64,000 nt of DNA from Isurus oxyrinchus. Taxonomy: Eukaryota. A program made the translations under genes and the position numbers. The notes under the pieces are model-generated. The model ran no database searches. It saw nothing but the letters and a program-made list of their open reading frames with translations, and was not told the origin of the DNA. The stretch covers positions 106,516,001 to 106,580,000 of the forward strand of contig JANJGN010000011.1 in assembly GCA_026770705.1 (NCBI GenBank), written 5' to 3'. Below, one piece after another: positions 50,436 to 63,350 of the stretch (position 1 is its first letter; every line of letters starts with the position of its first letter).

Positions 50436-51949
50436 CAAAATAGCCTTTCTGCATTATTCTTCCATTTTTACATTTTATGTCTGCCATTGGCCTACCACAG
50501 GTTGATTGTATCCATGAACAATGTAGATTCTGACATCAGGACCAATGGCCAATGACTAAGAGGGCAGGATTTTCATGAAGTTTGACTCTTCGGAGTTTTA
50601 AAAATGGTGGGTGGGACCTGGATGTGGAAGCCCCTTTTGCAACAGGTCCAATTTTAGCTAGCAGGTGGAAGGGGTGAGGTGTGACTCACACAGAAGGGAA
50701 AACTGAACCCAGCAGGGCTATTTGAACATAGTGCTGAGTTCAAACAGACCCCACTTTGGCTGTTGCAAGGGCGTTTAGTTGCAGTGCGGGAGTTACAAAT
50801 TGACGAAGTAAATGTAAATTCCCTTGAAGGGTAGATAAGATTTGTATAACTGCCATGATCTGAGGTTTTTAAAAAAATGTCCTGCTCTTTAAAATAAAAA
50901 AAAATGCTGCAGCTGTCAGAGAGAGTTAAAAAAAACCTCTGCTGGACTGCTTTAATTGATAGGTGTAGTTTAGAAAACGAAATTAGTATGTGGTTGATCA
51001 GTTTCAATAGAGCTCTTTGTTGACATTTCCCCAAGGTATATCATTATGTTATTTGGAATGTTTTGCTGAGTTTCAGATGCCACAATTATCTCATTGACAG
51101 CTTAAAGAATCTATTAAAGGATTAGTTGTCTTTGATGTGGGGTCTGAAATAAAGTTTGTTTTACCACTTGAGGAGATAGAAAACTTTGAATGGTTTTTAT
51201 GAATGGGAGCTTTTTGCATTATCATATGTGTAGAAGGGAGAGCTGTATTAGATTGTTGGAAGTTTATATTCTTTTCCATCTCCACATGAGTCCTGAGGTC
51301 TGTCCATTGTGGATACTCGGTGAGTAGCTATGGAGGGTAGGAGGGGATGGGTGGTGGCATAGGCTGGCATATGAAGGGTATGAGGGGCCATGGAGAGATG
51401 AAGGGGTATGAAGTGTGAGAGGTGGTGGACCTAATAACTTCTAAAACAACTGGACAAAATTCCAGGGAACCAAGGCAGGCCTTCTAACCAGTCCACCTCG
51501 GCACTATCCCATTCCCGTGATCCCCTACTCTCTAGTTCTGAGGTCAATGGGCACTAATCTAGCCAACATCTGCACCCCACCACCACTTCTGGAGCAGAAT
51601 TTGCATGTTTCAGCATACATTTTACTGAGTCAGGTCCACTGAGCATTCCCAATTTGAGCAGTCTGCCTCAGTATCCAAACTCTGGTCCTGAGACTCCAAT
51701 GTAGATGAACCATGACTGAGTGGATAATTTACACTGGAGAATACTAACCATTACATTTCAGAAGCATCACTATTATATAAATGAAGCCTTCAACCAATAT
51801 CAATCTGCAACAGAAACATTGCAGATCTTAGTTGTTACTTAATACCCTACTCATAATTCATCCATTTATGTATTTTTAGATGAATGGTGCAGTATTTAAT
51901 TACTTTTGTCTGCATTTAAGATACAATTTGTTTCAGCAAATGTGTCAGT

Positions 51950-52600
51950 CCCTGCCAGTTGGCTCTGCCATACAATGTTTGATTGCTCCTTGAGATGTTT
52001 TCCTGCTGAATAATGTAATAAGATGGTTCTGATCATCATCTCTCAGAGACTGGGGGACTTTCAAGCATCTGTCATTTGTATGCCACTTTCTCCTGCAAGA
52101 AAGACTGTGCAGTGTGTCAGTGTTATGCAATGTTTGGGTGACACAGTTATCATGGTTGAATAACTGGAGTGTGCAAGTTGAGATGTGGATGTAAAACTTA
52201 TAACAATGTGTCTGAGAGTGGGGGAATGATTAATGTTAGGAACAAGTCTTGATTGATAGACAGTTTTTGGTCAGTAAATGGTGGAAGTGCAGTGAACTGA
52301 AGTTAGTGGTGCAGTTGGTAAGATATGGCATTTGAAGATGCGTTCACTGACCTTAATGTGACATCTTCAAACTTCTAATGACACTGCAGTTACGTCCTTG
52401 AGGCTACATTCCTGGCATTGATGTCCACAGATATCTGCTCCCATTGCTTTCTCATCATGTGCCTGGAGGGCCTCCTGGACTTCTGCAGATATAGGAAGCC
52501 TCTCCTCCTCTCTAGGTCCTGCACCAAGACCATCAATGCAGGACCGGAAACCTTTGGCACATGTTCTCTCCAATGGTCAGCCATTGTTCTTTGTTGCCCA
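51950..52600 (-). pseudogene. Harbinger Myb/SANT gene fossil
   Basis: LMVLVQDLERRRGFLY..RRPSRHMMRKQWEQISVDINARNVASRT. Confidence 0.7.
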
Positions 52601-53439
52601 GCACTATTCAAATGAGGTAAGTAGCTCTAGCAGCCACAATGAACCTTTCCTTTAAGAGGCACAGGCTAGCATTAGGTAGTGTGAGCAAGGAATGATAGTA
52701 AACCCCCTGCTGATATGTACAGCCAATGAACGTCGTTGTTATCACTGGCTGCATACAGAAATCATGATCATAATATCAAAGTAAGGGTTAATCATGAACC
52801 AAGATCCCAGCACCAATTTTTGGGAGGTGTTCAATTTAGTCTACCACATTATTAAATGATTTCTATCACAACAATTCTTTCCCAGAAACAATGGCAGTTA
52901 ACATCTTATGAAGTTCCACCAGAATACTATTTTTGATTTCTACATTAATTCCAGTTAAATATACTAGAATCCTGCAATGTTGCAGAGGAACTATCAATCT
53001 TGTCTCTTAGCACTTAGGAGGAAAGCAACAGCACAGTAATTGCCAGTAAAATAAATACAACTGTGATACAGCATTTTCACGCTGGGGACACAGAATTATG
53101 AATATTTATAACCTTTTTCTGAAGAAAACATAGCTGTCATATCTTTGGCTTTGTATACTCAACATTTTCTCAGGTTTGGCATCACTGAATATTTCTGTAA
53201 GGACCTCGCATATCCTCTGACTTTCTTTCTGTCCAATATCTCAATAAAAGGAAGTAAGAGCCAGGTATGTAACAGAAAACTATTCTTTACAATAGCTACA
53301 GGAATGGGTTACATGCTGTCACGTGATTCTCTTTCTAAAGCATACTGCAAAATCTGTTCCCAGCCATCGATACATCCCCCTTACTGAGTTTAAGCCTGAG
53401 CCAGACAATTCACATTTGTAGTGGAAAAAACAGACCTTT

Positions 53440-55678
53440 TGACATAATTTTGATCTTAACTTTTACCAGCATGCCGGGAAATTAAGAAAGTGCTGAAGAA
53501 GGGATTTTTTTTGTCAATCTTTTAAAATTAAACATGCTGAACTTATAAGCAAGCAGAGAGACACAATACAAATGCTATCAAGGGAAATGCCAGAGATAAT
53601 ACAGCAAACCAGAATCTCCAGAGCTTTAAGTTATGAAGATGAGATCTTGAATCGGGTTGAGATAAGCCACTAAGTTTTCCAGTAACACCCAAACATCTTT
53701 TTTTGGAAAATTGCCCAAAATGAGCTTCACGTAATGAAAAATTACTGGAAAAAGAAAGATGGATAACTTTCTGGTGGATTCAAATCATGGTTTAAACAAA
53801 GGCCTGTTAGAATCACATCTCTTTAAACAGGATTTTTCTTTTTAAAATATGAAACGATGTTGCAGCATTTGGACATTTGGAGGCTGCCCAAGAACTTTTT
53901 TTTAAAAGGGTCATAAGTTCATCTTGGAACTGTAAACAAACAGGCCTCTTCCAAGCAATCACCTAAGCTACTTGAGAAGGATTTGTTTGTTTATTTTGAA
54001 CTGCAAAGCACTTTAATTAATGAAAAGGTGTAGGACAAATAGGCAATTACATTGCAGAGGCAAACCTTAAGTTTGAACCTGTGGTTTTGCTTTCAGTCTT
54101 GTTGGGGAAAGGCTCAGAATAGAAAGCTACCCTGACCAGCTCTCTCCCCCTCTCTGCTTTGTGAAACCGTGTGATTCTCAACATGTAGCCAAATAATCCT
54201 CATCTGAGTGTAGTTTGCATAATTTTGGACTTGCTAGCTGAGACAGGAACAATTTGTCCAGCTACACTCTCCTCCACACTGAAGCATCGTTGGTGAATTC
54301 CCCGACATTTACTGGGAACAGCAGCACGTCTTAACATGAGGGAACTTCAGACCAACAGCACCAAACCTCTGTGAATTTTAATTTTTTCCACTTTCTAAGG
54401 AAGTTTTTTTTTCATCTGTCTGACTCTGCACAGACTAACCGTGTGCCTTCTGTTTGTGTATGTGTGCCTGTGGGCAGGAATTTGCTGTCGGCGAGTGGGG
54501 CAGGGCCCGCTCGCCGATACATAAAATAATGCGCGGTGACGTCGGGGGAATTCCCAACGTCACTGCACAGGATTTAAATTTTCAGGAAGGCAGGATTTAC
54601 ATGAGAACAAATTTGAAACAATTACAGGAAAATTAAAATGATTACAGAAAATGATTACAGATGCAACAGATTTAGAAAATTAAAGATAACAAAAGCACAA
54701 CAGTTGACTTGTTACTTTTCTTCAAGCAAGTGAATGTTTCACTGATAACTAGCATCAAAATGCTCAAATACATCATTTTACTTCCGACAAATTAATTGCG
54801 TTGCTAATATCTGGCTCGATTATGCTATTAACTCTGGTCATACAATCACCTGAAGCAAAAGCAGCTGTGTGCCCGCTGACCTGTCAATGGCCAACTGAGG
54901 CAATTGACAGGATCAATTAAGCAATTGAAGGACCTGCCTGTCCAACCTTAAGGTTGGCGGGCATGCTAGGAGCTCTGGTGGCAACCAGAAAAAACATGAA
55001 ACCTCATCCACAGGCGGGATGAGGCTTCATGTAGGCTTTAAAATTTTTTTAATAAAGATTGTGAAAAGATTATGGACATTGTCACATGAGGGGACATGTA
55101 AGGGAAAATTTTCTACTTTTATCTTTTTTACATGTAGAGCCAATCTCCCTGAGGCTGCACTTAGCCTCAGGGAGATGAGTGCACACTTTCGTGCACACGC
55201 ACAAAAATGCGCACTCTCGATTTTAGGCATTCCCCCCGCCCACACAGGGAGTACATAGCTGCGGACGTCACATTGGGTGGGCCTTAATTGGCCTGCCCAC
55301 GTAAAATGACACTGCGCCTCCGTTTGGGGGTGCCAATCAGAAGTGCGCCCGCCCATCAACTTCCCCCTGGACGGGGGGAAATTTCTGCCCCGTATGTGCG
55401 TTGGGGAAGTTTAAAAGGATTAGTTAGTTGTATTTCCAGTTTACAATCGTGTGTTGGCCAGTTCTTGAAACTTGTTTAAAAATTTTGTTTTATAATAAAT
55501 CAATCATTCTGGTTTTATTGAAAGAAGCCTGGTCAGGGTCTCTTTTCTTCTGAGTACTAGATGTATAGGTAAACAATTGGCCATTTTAGTGAGAAAATTA
55601 AACATCTAAATTAATGGTACGTTTTGTGGAGTAGTGGGGCTTTATGACCTGTGCACTCCTCCCATCCCGGTCCTAAAA
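53440..55678 (+). mobile_element. solo LTR candidate hosting a MITE
   Basis: LTR-like composition, AATAAA at about 55495, end gtggagtagtgggg..gtgcactcctcccatcccggtcctaaaa; boundaries uncertain. Confidence 0.35.
54472..55390. mobile_element. Harbinger-type MITE with a 262-bp foreign insert
   Basis: TIR gggcaggaattt / aaatttctgccc; TSD TGT/CGT; colinear with 5214-5892 except for the insert. Confidence 0.85.
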
Positions 55679-56179
55679 GGCCACAGAATATAATTGGGTA
55701 CTGCGCTTTTAAAAAAAAGTTTCATAGTATGGTACAGCTTGTATATATAATAAACTAACCCCATTCTTTGAAAAAAAATGTATGAGAGGTTGAAGACATC
55801 AAAGACCTACACTGTATTTGAAGGAAGAAATTCCTGCAAATTGTCAGAAGGAGGTCTCAAAGAGAAAGATAGAGCCTTACTGATCATCAGCAGAAGAGTC
55901 TATAACCACAGGAGCCACTTCAGGTGATTGTATGACCAGAGTTAATAGCATAATCGAGCCAGATATTAGCAACGCAATTAATTTGTCGGAAGTAAAATGA
56001 TGTATTTGAGCATTTTGATGCTAGTTATCAGTGAAACATTCACTTGCTTGAAGAAAAGTAACAAGTCAACTGTTGTGCTTTTGTTATCTTTAATTTTCTA
56101 AATCTGTTGCATCTGTAATCATTTTCTGTAATCATTTTAATTTTCCTGTAATTGTTTCAAATTTGTTCTCATGTAAATC
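54594..56179. repeat. perfect 262-bp inverted repeat (54594-54855 vs 55918-56179)
   Basis: gatttacatgagaac...tcacctgaag is the reverse complement of cttcaggtga...gttctcatgtaaatc; no mismatch seen by eye. Confidence 0.95.
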
Positions 56180-56329
56180 TGTAATTGTGGGTACAAATAA
56201 ACTAACACCATTAAGCATAACATTTTTTTGAGTGAGTCATTAATTTGTTCTCTTGTAATCAAAAGAACTGTGAGTTAAGTAAGGGTGTTTTATGAAAGTT
56301 AAGAAGTACAACACAATCTCCTTGTCCTA

Positions 56330-58395
56330 TTTGACCTTGCACTTCTGACCTCATATCCTTTCCACCAAATATATTACCCATCTCCACCTGTACCTAATAC
56401 TATCTATTGCTGAAATCTTCATGTATTCCTTCATTCTCTCCTGACATGACTGTTCCAATGTCCTGCTGGATGACCTGAGATCTTCCACTTTCCTTAAACT
56501 TAAACTCATCCAAAACTCTGCTGCCCATAAACTAAATCATACCAAATTCTGTTCATTCATCACTGCTGTATTCACCGACCTATACCGATTCCTGGTTCAG
56601 CAACATGTTTAAAAATTCTCATCCTTGGTTTCAAATAGCTCCATGGCCTCACCCCATCCCATCTTTATAACCTCCTTCAGCTCGACAACCCTCCAAGACC
56701 TCAGCCTTATTTTTTATTTGTTGATGGGATGTGGGTCTTACTGTCAAGATCAGCATTTATTGCCCATCCTTAACTGCCCTTGAGAAAGTGGTGGTGAGCT
56801 GCCTTCCTGAACCACTGTAGTCGTCTGGTGCAAGTACATCCACAGTGTTGTTAGGTAGGGAGTTCCGGGGTTTTGACCCAGTGACAATTAAGGAATGGTG
56901 ATATAGTTCCAAATCAGCTTGTTGTGTGATTTGGAAGGGACCTTGCAGAGTAGTGGTGTTCCCATGCACCTATTGCCCTTGTCCTTCCAAGTGGTAGAGG
57001 TGCCAATTAAGCTTTGTTCTGGATGGTGTCAAGCTCCTTGAGTGTTGTTGGAGCTGCCCTCATCCAGGCAAATGGGGAACATTCCATTATACTCTCGATT
57101 TATGCCTTGTGGATAGTGGACTAAGTTTTGGGATGAGGAGGTGATTTATTTGGCTCAGAAATTCAAGCCTCTGACCTGCCCCTTGTAGCCACAGTATTTA
57201 TGTTGCTTGTCCAGTAAACTTTCTGGTTAATGGGGACCCCCAGGATGCGGATGGTGGGAGATTCAGTGACGGTAATGCCATTGAATATCCAGGGAGGTTA
57301 TTAGATTTACTTTTGTTGGAAGTCATCATTCCCTGGTACATGCACGGTGCAAGTGTTACCTAGCAAGTATTAGCCCAAGCCTGAATGCTGGCCAACATGC
57401 AAACATGGATTACTTCATTATCTGTACTATATAAATGCAAGTTGTTGTTCAGCCAGCATTCTCACTTCTGACCTTATGATGAAGGGAAGGTCATTGATGT
57501 CGCAGTTGAAGATGTTTGGGCCTAGGACACTACCTGGGGAACTTCTGCATCAATGTCCTGGAATGAGATGGTTGACCTCCAACAATCGCAATCATCCTCC
57601 TTTTTGCTAGGTATGATTCCAACCAATGGAGAGTTTTACCCGATTCTCATTGATTTCAATTTTTCTAGGGCTGCTTGATGCCACACTCAGTCAAGTGCCA
57701 CCTTGATACCAAGGGCAACACTCTCACCTCACCTCTGGAATTCACTCCTAGCCCATGTTTGGGGGCCAAGGTTGTAATGAGGACTGGAGCTGAGGGGTCC
57801 TGACAGAACTGGTGAACAGTTTATTGGTGGGTACATACATTAATAGCACTGTCAAGGATAGCTTCGATTGCTTGGTTGATAATTGAGAGTAGACTATGGC
57901 ATGGCAATTGTCCAGATTGGATTTGTCCTGTTTTTTACGAACAAGGTGTATCTGGACAATTTCCCGAGATGTTGAGTAGATATCAGTATTGTAGCTGTAC
58001 CAAGGCAGCTCGGCTAGTGCTGGAGCACAAGTATTTATCACTAAAGTTGGGTGTTGTTGGGACCCGCTGCCTTTGCTGCATCCAGTGCATTCAACCATTT
58101 CTTGATACCAAATGGACTGAATTAAATGAGCTGAATGCTGACATCTCCAATAGTAGTAGCTTCAGGAGGAGGTTGAGGTGGATCATGCACTTGGCACTTC
58201 TGATTGATGATGGTCGCAAATACTTCAGCCTTATCTTTTGCGCTCATGTTCTGGGCTTCACCATCATCTATCTGATCTGATCTAATATCTCCTTATGTGG
58301 TTCAGTGTCACATTTTGTTTGAAATGGCACTCCTGTGATTGTCTTGGGACATTCTCCTACTTTAAAGGCACTATATAAATGCAAGTTGTTATTGC
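56330..58395 (+). mobile_element. L2 LINE 3' fragment split by a CR1-like LINE
   Basis: ctcatccaaaactctgctgccc, attctcatccttggtttcaaa..ctccatggcctcacccc; tail aaaggcactatataaatgcaagttgtt. Confidence 0.7.
56710..58265 (-). mobile_element. decayed CR1-like LINE
   Basis: Same family as 43150-45873 (tail cagcatttattgcccatcct; KQDKSNLDNC). Confidence 0.8.
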
Positions 58396-59329
58396 AATAT
58401 CAGCAAAGCTGAGACATAGGTCTAGATTTTCACTCACAAGGCAGGTATGCAGAGTGGGAAATTTCCCCACTCCACGAACCTACCTCAGGGTAAACTGCCT
58501 GAACGGCCAGAGTTTTGCTCTTGGGGGAGGGGGGAGTAAGTGAAGGGTGGAATCAGGCCTCCCGACCCTTGAAGCAGTATGGATGTGGAGGTGGGCCCTT
58601 CATGCGTAACACGTCTTGGGCAGGGTAGAAAAGGAGGCCCTATAAGATGTTCCCGCTGTGAGGCAGGAAGTTGGTGCAAGTGCTGCTGCTGCTCAGAAAA
58701 GACGTCAATGAAGAGTCAGGTGAGCACTAACTGTGATTGATTGCTGACACTGGAAGAGATGACCCATCATGGGCTTTCTATAGGAAAATGTAGTCATTAC
58801 TGCTGCTGAGTCACATTGGAATGAAGGATCCCAATCTATAAGTTCAGGCTGGAAAAGCATCATAAGACACAGCCATGGAAATGGCAGCATCTTGGCATCA
58901 TCAGCTGCTCGTGATATTCTGTGCTATAATGCCTCAGGATTTGAATGATAGGCACCACATTTGCCAGGAACTTTTGCCCTTCTCACTTACCCTCTCTCCA
59001 TCCATCGCTCAGGGTGCAGCCATGCAATTGAATCTTGACCAGACCCTCAAAGCTGCATGCTGTCAAGGCAGAACAGTGTGACTCAGAGGAAGCAGGCCAG
59101 CAGGGTAGTTTGTAATTGGGAGCACAACATGTCCTCTAGGAGTAGCAGGATCAAAATCCAGGCTACCCTGTATTTATCCAGCCCTATTTTGCTTCCCCCA
59201 CCCCACCCCTCCAACATTAGGCATTGATGAGATAGACAACATGGTTCATGTATGTGAGCAGACATAAGTGGGTGAGGCCATTGGAAGCTAGAAGCCTTAC
59301 TTGCCCACTTTTTCATTTGTCATGCTCGG

Positions 59330-61150
59330 ATGTCACAAAGTAGGCCAAGCGGGGAAGTAGTGGGAGGGGCTGCAAACTGTTTCAGTGACCAGGATCTGCA
59401 GATCCTGCTCGAGGCGGTCCAGAATGCTGCACATTATAACCCAGTTGCTGTTGGAACTGCCCACTGCAATCAAGAGGTATGGCAAGGGATAGCCTTCAGC
59501 ATGAGTGCAGCAGGGGACTATGCACAATCTTGGATTCAATGCAGGAAGAGGTTCCAGGGTCTTCTGCGCTCTGGCAATTTGAGTTGTTTGACAGAAGCAC
59601 AGTGAGGTTGAAGTGAAAGCTGCACCTATGGTGAGAGGTCAGGCATATACTTGTCCGACAGCATGGAGGTTTGTATGTCCTGTGGGTGCACACATTGCAG
59701 GTGTGAATGAACACTGCAATGCACTGCCAGATTCAAGAGATTTGTCCCTGGTGACACTATATATTAGGCTAACTTTACCCTGTATTGTATCTGCAGGACA
59801 AGAGGGCCTATAATGACAGGGAGATGGCCCGGATTGGTGGTGGGCCAGTGAGGCCACGGGCAATCAGGAATACGGAGAAGACAGCCATGGAGTTAGCCTG
59901 AGTGCCTGCCCAGCTGGTTACTGAGGTTAGAGAATTGCCTGTAGCAGATGCTAAAGCCAGTGGTAGAAGCACTTTGGAACATGATGGTAATGGTAGAGGT
60001 GATCCTATAGTTCACTGAGCAGACGAGAATGTCAATATCAGAGGGAAAGCGAAGGTTGGGTTGCATGATAACAATTGTAGTTTGAGGCTAAAGGCAAGGG
60101 CATGTATCAGAGTGTGCTTTCACAATGTAAAGGGTTACACCTCAGCTCCCAGCATCACTCACTCACAATGCCCTCTCTTACTCTTTGGACACCTCATCTC
60201 TCGGGCATCGGTGGAGGAAGAGGTGTCCAAGGAGTCGGTATCACATCTGACTAGCCCACTCTCTGCCAACTCAAATACTAGCACACAGAGGGATATAGCA
60301 CACGTTTAGAGTCAGGGCATGTGGTGAAGGACACCGCACCCATTTGCAGAAGGAGGTGTCTGTGTCAATGGCATCTGTACACAGTCCCCCTTGGAGAAGG
60401 AAGGACAGTCACGATGATGCTCCAGTAGACATAGAGATAGGGCCTCAGGAGTCACCTTATGAGCAGCAGCAGCAGATGTGTGGATCTGCCTGAGGCAATG
60501 AGAGCTCACCCACTGCATGTGGAGGAATCCATGGTGGTGATGAGCTTTACCTTGTCTCAGGGGCTTGACCACATGAGCTCCAATCATAAGAGAATGGCCA
60601 ATCTCATGGAGAGACATGTGCAGCATCACTTAGAGTAGATGTAAGAGCTCTATAAAGCCCTGCAAAGGGTACAAAACTCACTCAGTAGCCTGGAGAAGTC
60701 CGCTCAGAGTATGAACGCTGACATTCATGGACTACATGAGGAACTGCATTCTCTTAACAGGATGGTTTTACTGTTGGCACAGCAGTTGCTGGAATAGATG
60801 ACTGCTGTGCATCATCAACCCCACCAGAAGACGAACCTAAGGCTGTGGAAGTTAGTGAGGAGAGTGAAGGTTCTGAAAGTATTTCAGCACCCTCATCTTC
60901 TTTTAACTCCCCAGCTCCTCTGCCAGATCCCTCAACTGCTCGACTTGTCCCACTGAAAATGGCTGTCCCTGCAGAAATTCAGAGGCCACTGTCTGAGGTA
61001 GATCCTCAATGACTCCCTACATGACAAGGCTGGTCACCATGCCCCTCAAAACCACATAGCATGAGAGTTGGGCAACCTGCCTCCACCTCCTCTGAAGCAG
61101 GCTACACTATGTAGAAGCATTCACAAGTGCAGGGTGCTGTGTCACCTTGG
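59330..61150 (+). pseudogene. Harbinger Myb/SANT gene fossil
   Basis: Exon 1 FSDQDLQILLEAV..VWQGIA..SWIQCRKRFQGLLRS; exon 2 after tgcag DKRAYNDREMARIGGG; exon 3 coiled-coil/low-complexity. Confidence 0.8.
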
Positions 61151-62269
61151 TCACTGGGTTCACTGTGGTTTCATTTCATATCCCTTTGTATATATCACAA
61201 TTAAGCACATTGTAAATACAAATTGCTATTGCCAATGATGTTTTGGCCTGCTTTCATACACTAATAGTGTCAATACGAATGTTTACAGAATGAATGAGGT
61301 CCTTAACAGTGGCCCTGAAGGTTGCATGCTGAAGTCCATCTCTCACTGATGCCATTAGGAGCAAGAGTGTGCCCATGCATGGTTGGCAGTGGAAGGTTGT
61401 TTCCTTTGCCAGACCATCAGATAAGGTGGTAGTGCACCAAGATTTATGGATTGAGATGCTCCTTGCAGCATTTCTTGTCCATCAATGATTTTCTTTAAGT
61501 GAGAATCAATGACAAGACTGAATATCAAATCCAGTTTATCAGGTGCACTTCAAGTATGATTGCTGTGTCGAAGGCAGCCATTCACACGTGATTGTTACAC
61601 AGTGACTTACATAGATTTTCCACATGTCAAAATGCCATGTATGCTCTAGGGAAACAAGCTTGTGTGGTTTCTCTACTATATTTGAAGCCTTTGTCTTTGA
61701 AGTGGTAAAGGCTGTGGGTTCACAGGGAGCCATGGTGTTTGGCAGCATTGCATGTTGTAGATGTCACACACTCCTGAGACTGGATATGGGTGGATTATGT
61801 GCAAGCTAACTGAAGGAGTTAAAGCACATGTATGGCATCATCCTGCACAATATGCAGTCGCTGCAGTATTGTTAGCACATGCAATCATATCTGAAGATTG
61901 TGGATCTAAAGTCATGCTTCCTCCTGGCATTCTAGGCATAGTGGGCATAGTTTAACAAGGCACAAAGTGACGTTTTCTCCAGCTCATTTACAACCTCTGG
62001 CATAAACTGGTATGTGCGCAGACCAGGTTGTGAAAGGCTTCTGAAGATGTATTTGTGAACTATGTTGAGGCCAAGAGTTATGATGATCATAATTTCAGCC
62101 ATGTTGATGGCACTAACTTTCTGTAGGTGTAGTTGATTTATTACGTGCAAGCTGCTCACCAGGGACCAGTAGATGTAATGGTGACATTTCAAGAGCCTAG
62201 GAGAATTTATTCTGAAGTAGCAGGCTTCTGACAATGACCCTGTCCTGTAAAGAATCAGTCATGGTTACA

Positions 62270-63350
62270 TTGGTCTGCCCCTCAGGTGATCTCCCACTGC
62301 TACCCTCTTCCTCCTCTGTGTCAGGACCATGTCCTCCTCAGATGTCATAACTACTGGCTGTAGATCTCTCTGCTGCGCCATATTGTGTGCAGCACATGAC
62401 TACTATTCTTGTAGAGGAATACTGAGGAACTCCTCCAGAACAGTGAAGGCAGCTAAAGTGCATCTTCAAGATGCCAAAAGCCTGTTCTATTGTATTGCGT
62501 GTCAGCATGTGGCTGTTGTTGTGCTACCTTTCGGCCTTTGTGTGCGGCCGTCTCAGGGGAGTCATCAACCATCTCCTTAATGGGTACCCCTCATCCAACA
62601 GAAGCCAACCACGGACATGCATTGGTGTCTGAAGGAGCTGAGGCAGTTGGGAGTTCTTCAGTATAAAAGAATTGTGGCAGCTTCCAGGATACCATGCACA
62701 CGCTTGCAGGAAAAGCTTGATGTGGTCACACACCACCTGCACATTCAAGAACTGGAAGGATTTCCTGTTTATGAAGGTCTTTAGTTGATGACTTGGTTCC
62801 TTTACTGTGGTTTGGTTGTAGCTGATAGCCCCCTATACTTAAGGGGAGCCTGCTAATTCCGCAAACCCCCTGTCCCTCTGCGTATGCGAGGCCACATCCA
62901 TTGGGAAGTTTATGTTCTCCCCACCTGAACAAAGAGGGCATCTGTAACTGTCTTGCTGCAGCTTTATACAGCTGATTGTGAAATGCTGGAGAGGTCTGCA
63001 GCTCACCCCCAGAAAGACCAATCAGCATAAAAATTTCGAGCCATTCTGACTTTCAGAGTCACTGGCAGGGCATGTATATTGGCAGGCCGTGGTGCCAAGT
63101 GAATGGTACATATCTCAGTAACCAATTCCCAGGTTAATCTGAGTCTTCTTCTGCACTGGTTTTCTGTTATATCCAGATATGACCTCAGCAGTAGGTATAC
63201 CCTTATATCAGGATGAACCTTTGTTGTCCTTCTCCTTGTCTTCCTCCTGCCTGGTGTACACTGCCTCCAATCCCTGGCCTTGTTCCTTCCCTCTGGCTGC
63301 ACATTGCCTCTGCTCACGTGCTTCTATGATGCAAATATGCAAAGGTGTCA
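62270..63350 (-). pseudogene. Harbinger DDE transposase fossil
   Basis: SYLDITENQCRRRLRL..ALPVTLKV, NVQVVCDH..YPGSCHNSFIL, GWLLLDEGYPLRRWLMTP, IEQAFGILK; element probably starts at TIR-like ggtctagatttt (58419) and runs past the window end. Confidence 0.88.

Noticed and set aside
62270-63350. Domesticated HARBI1 or MSANTD host gene
   Set aside because: Multiple stops and frameshifts, with several similar decayed copies in the window; these are transposon fossils
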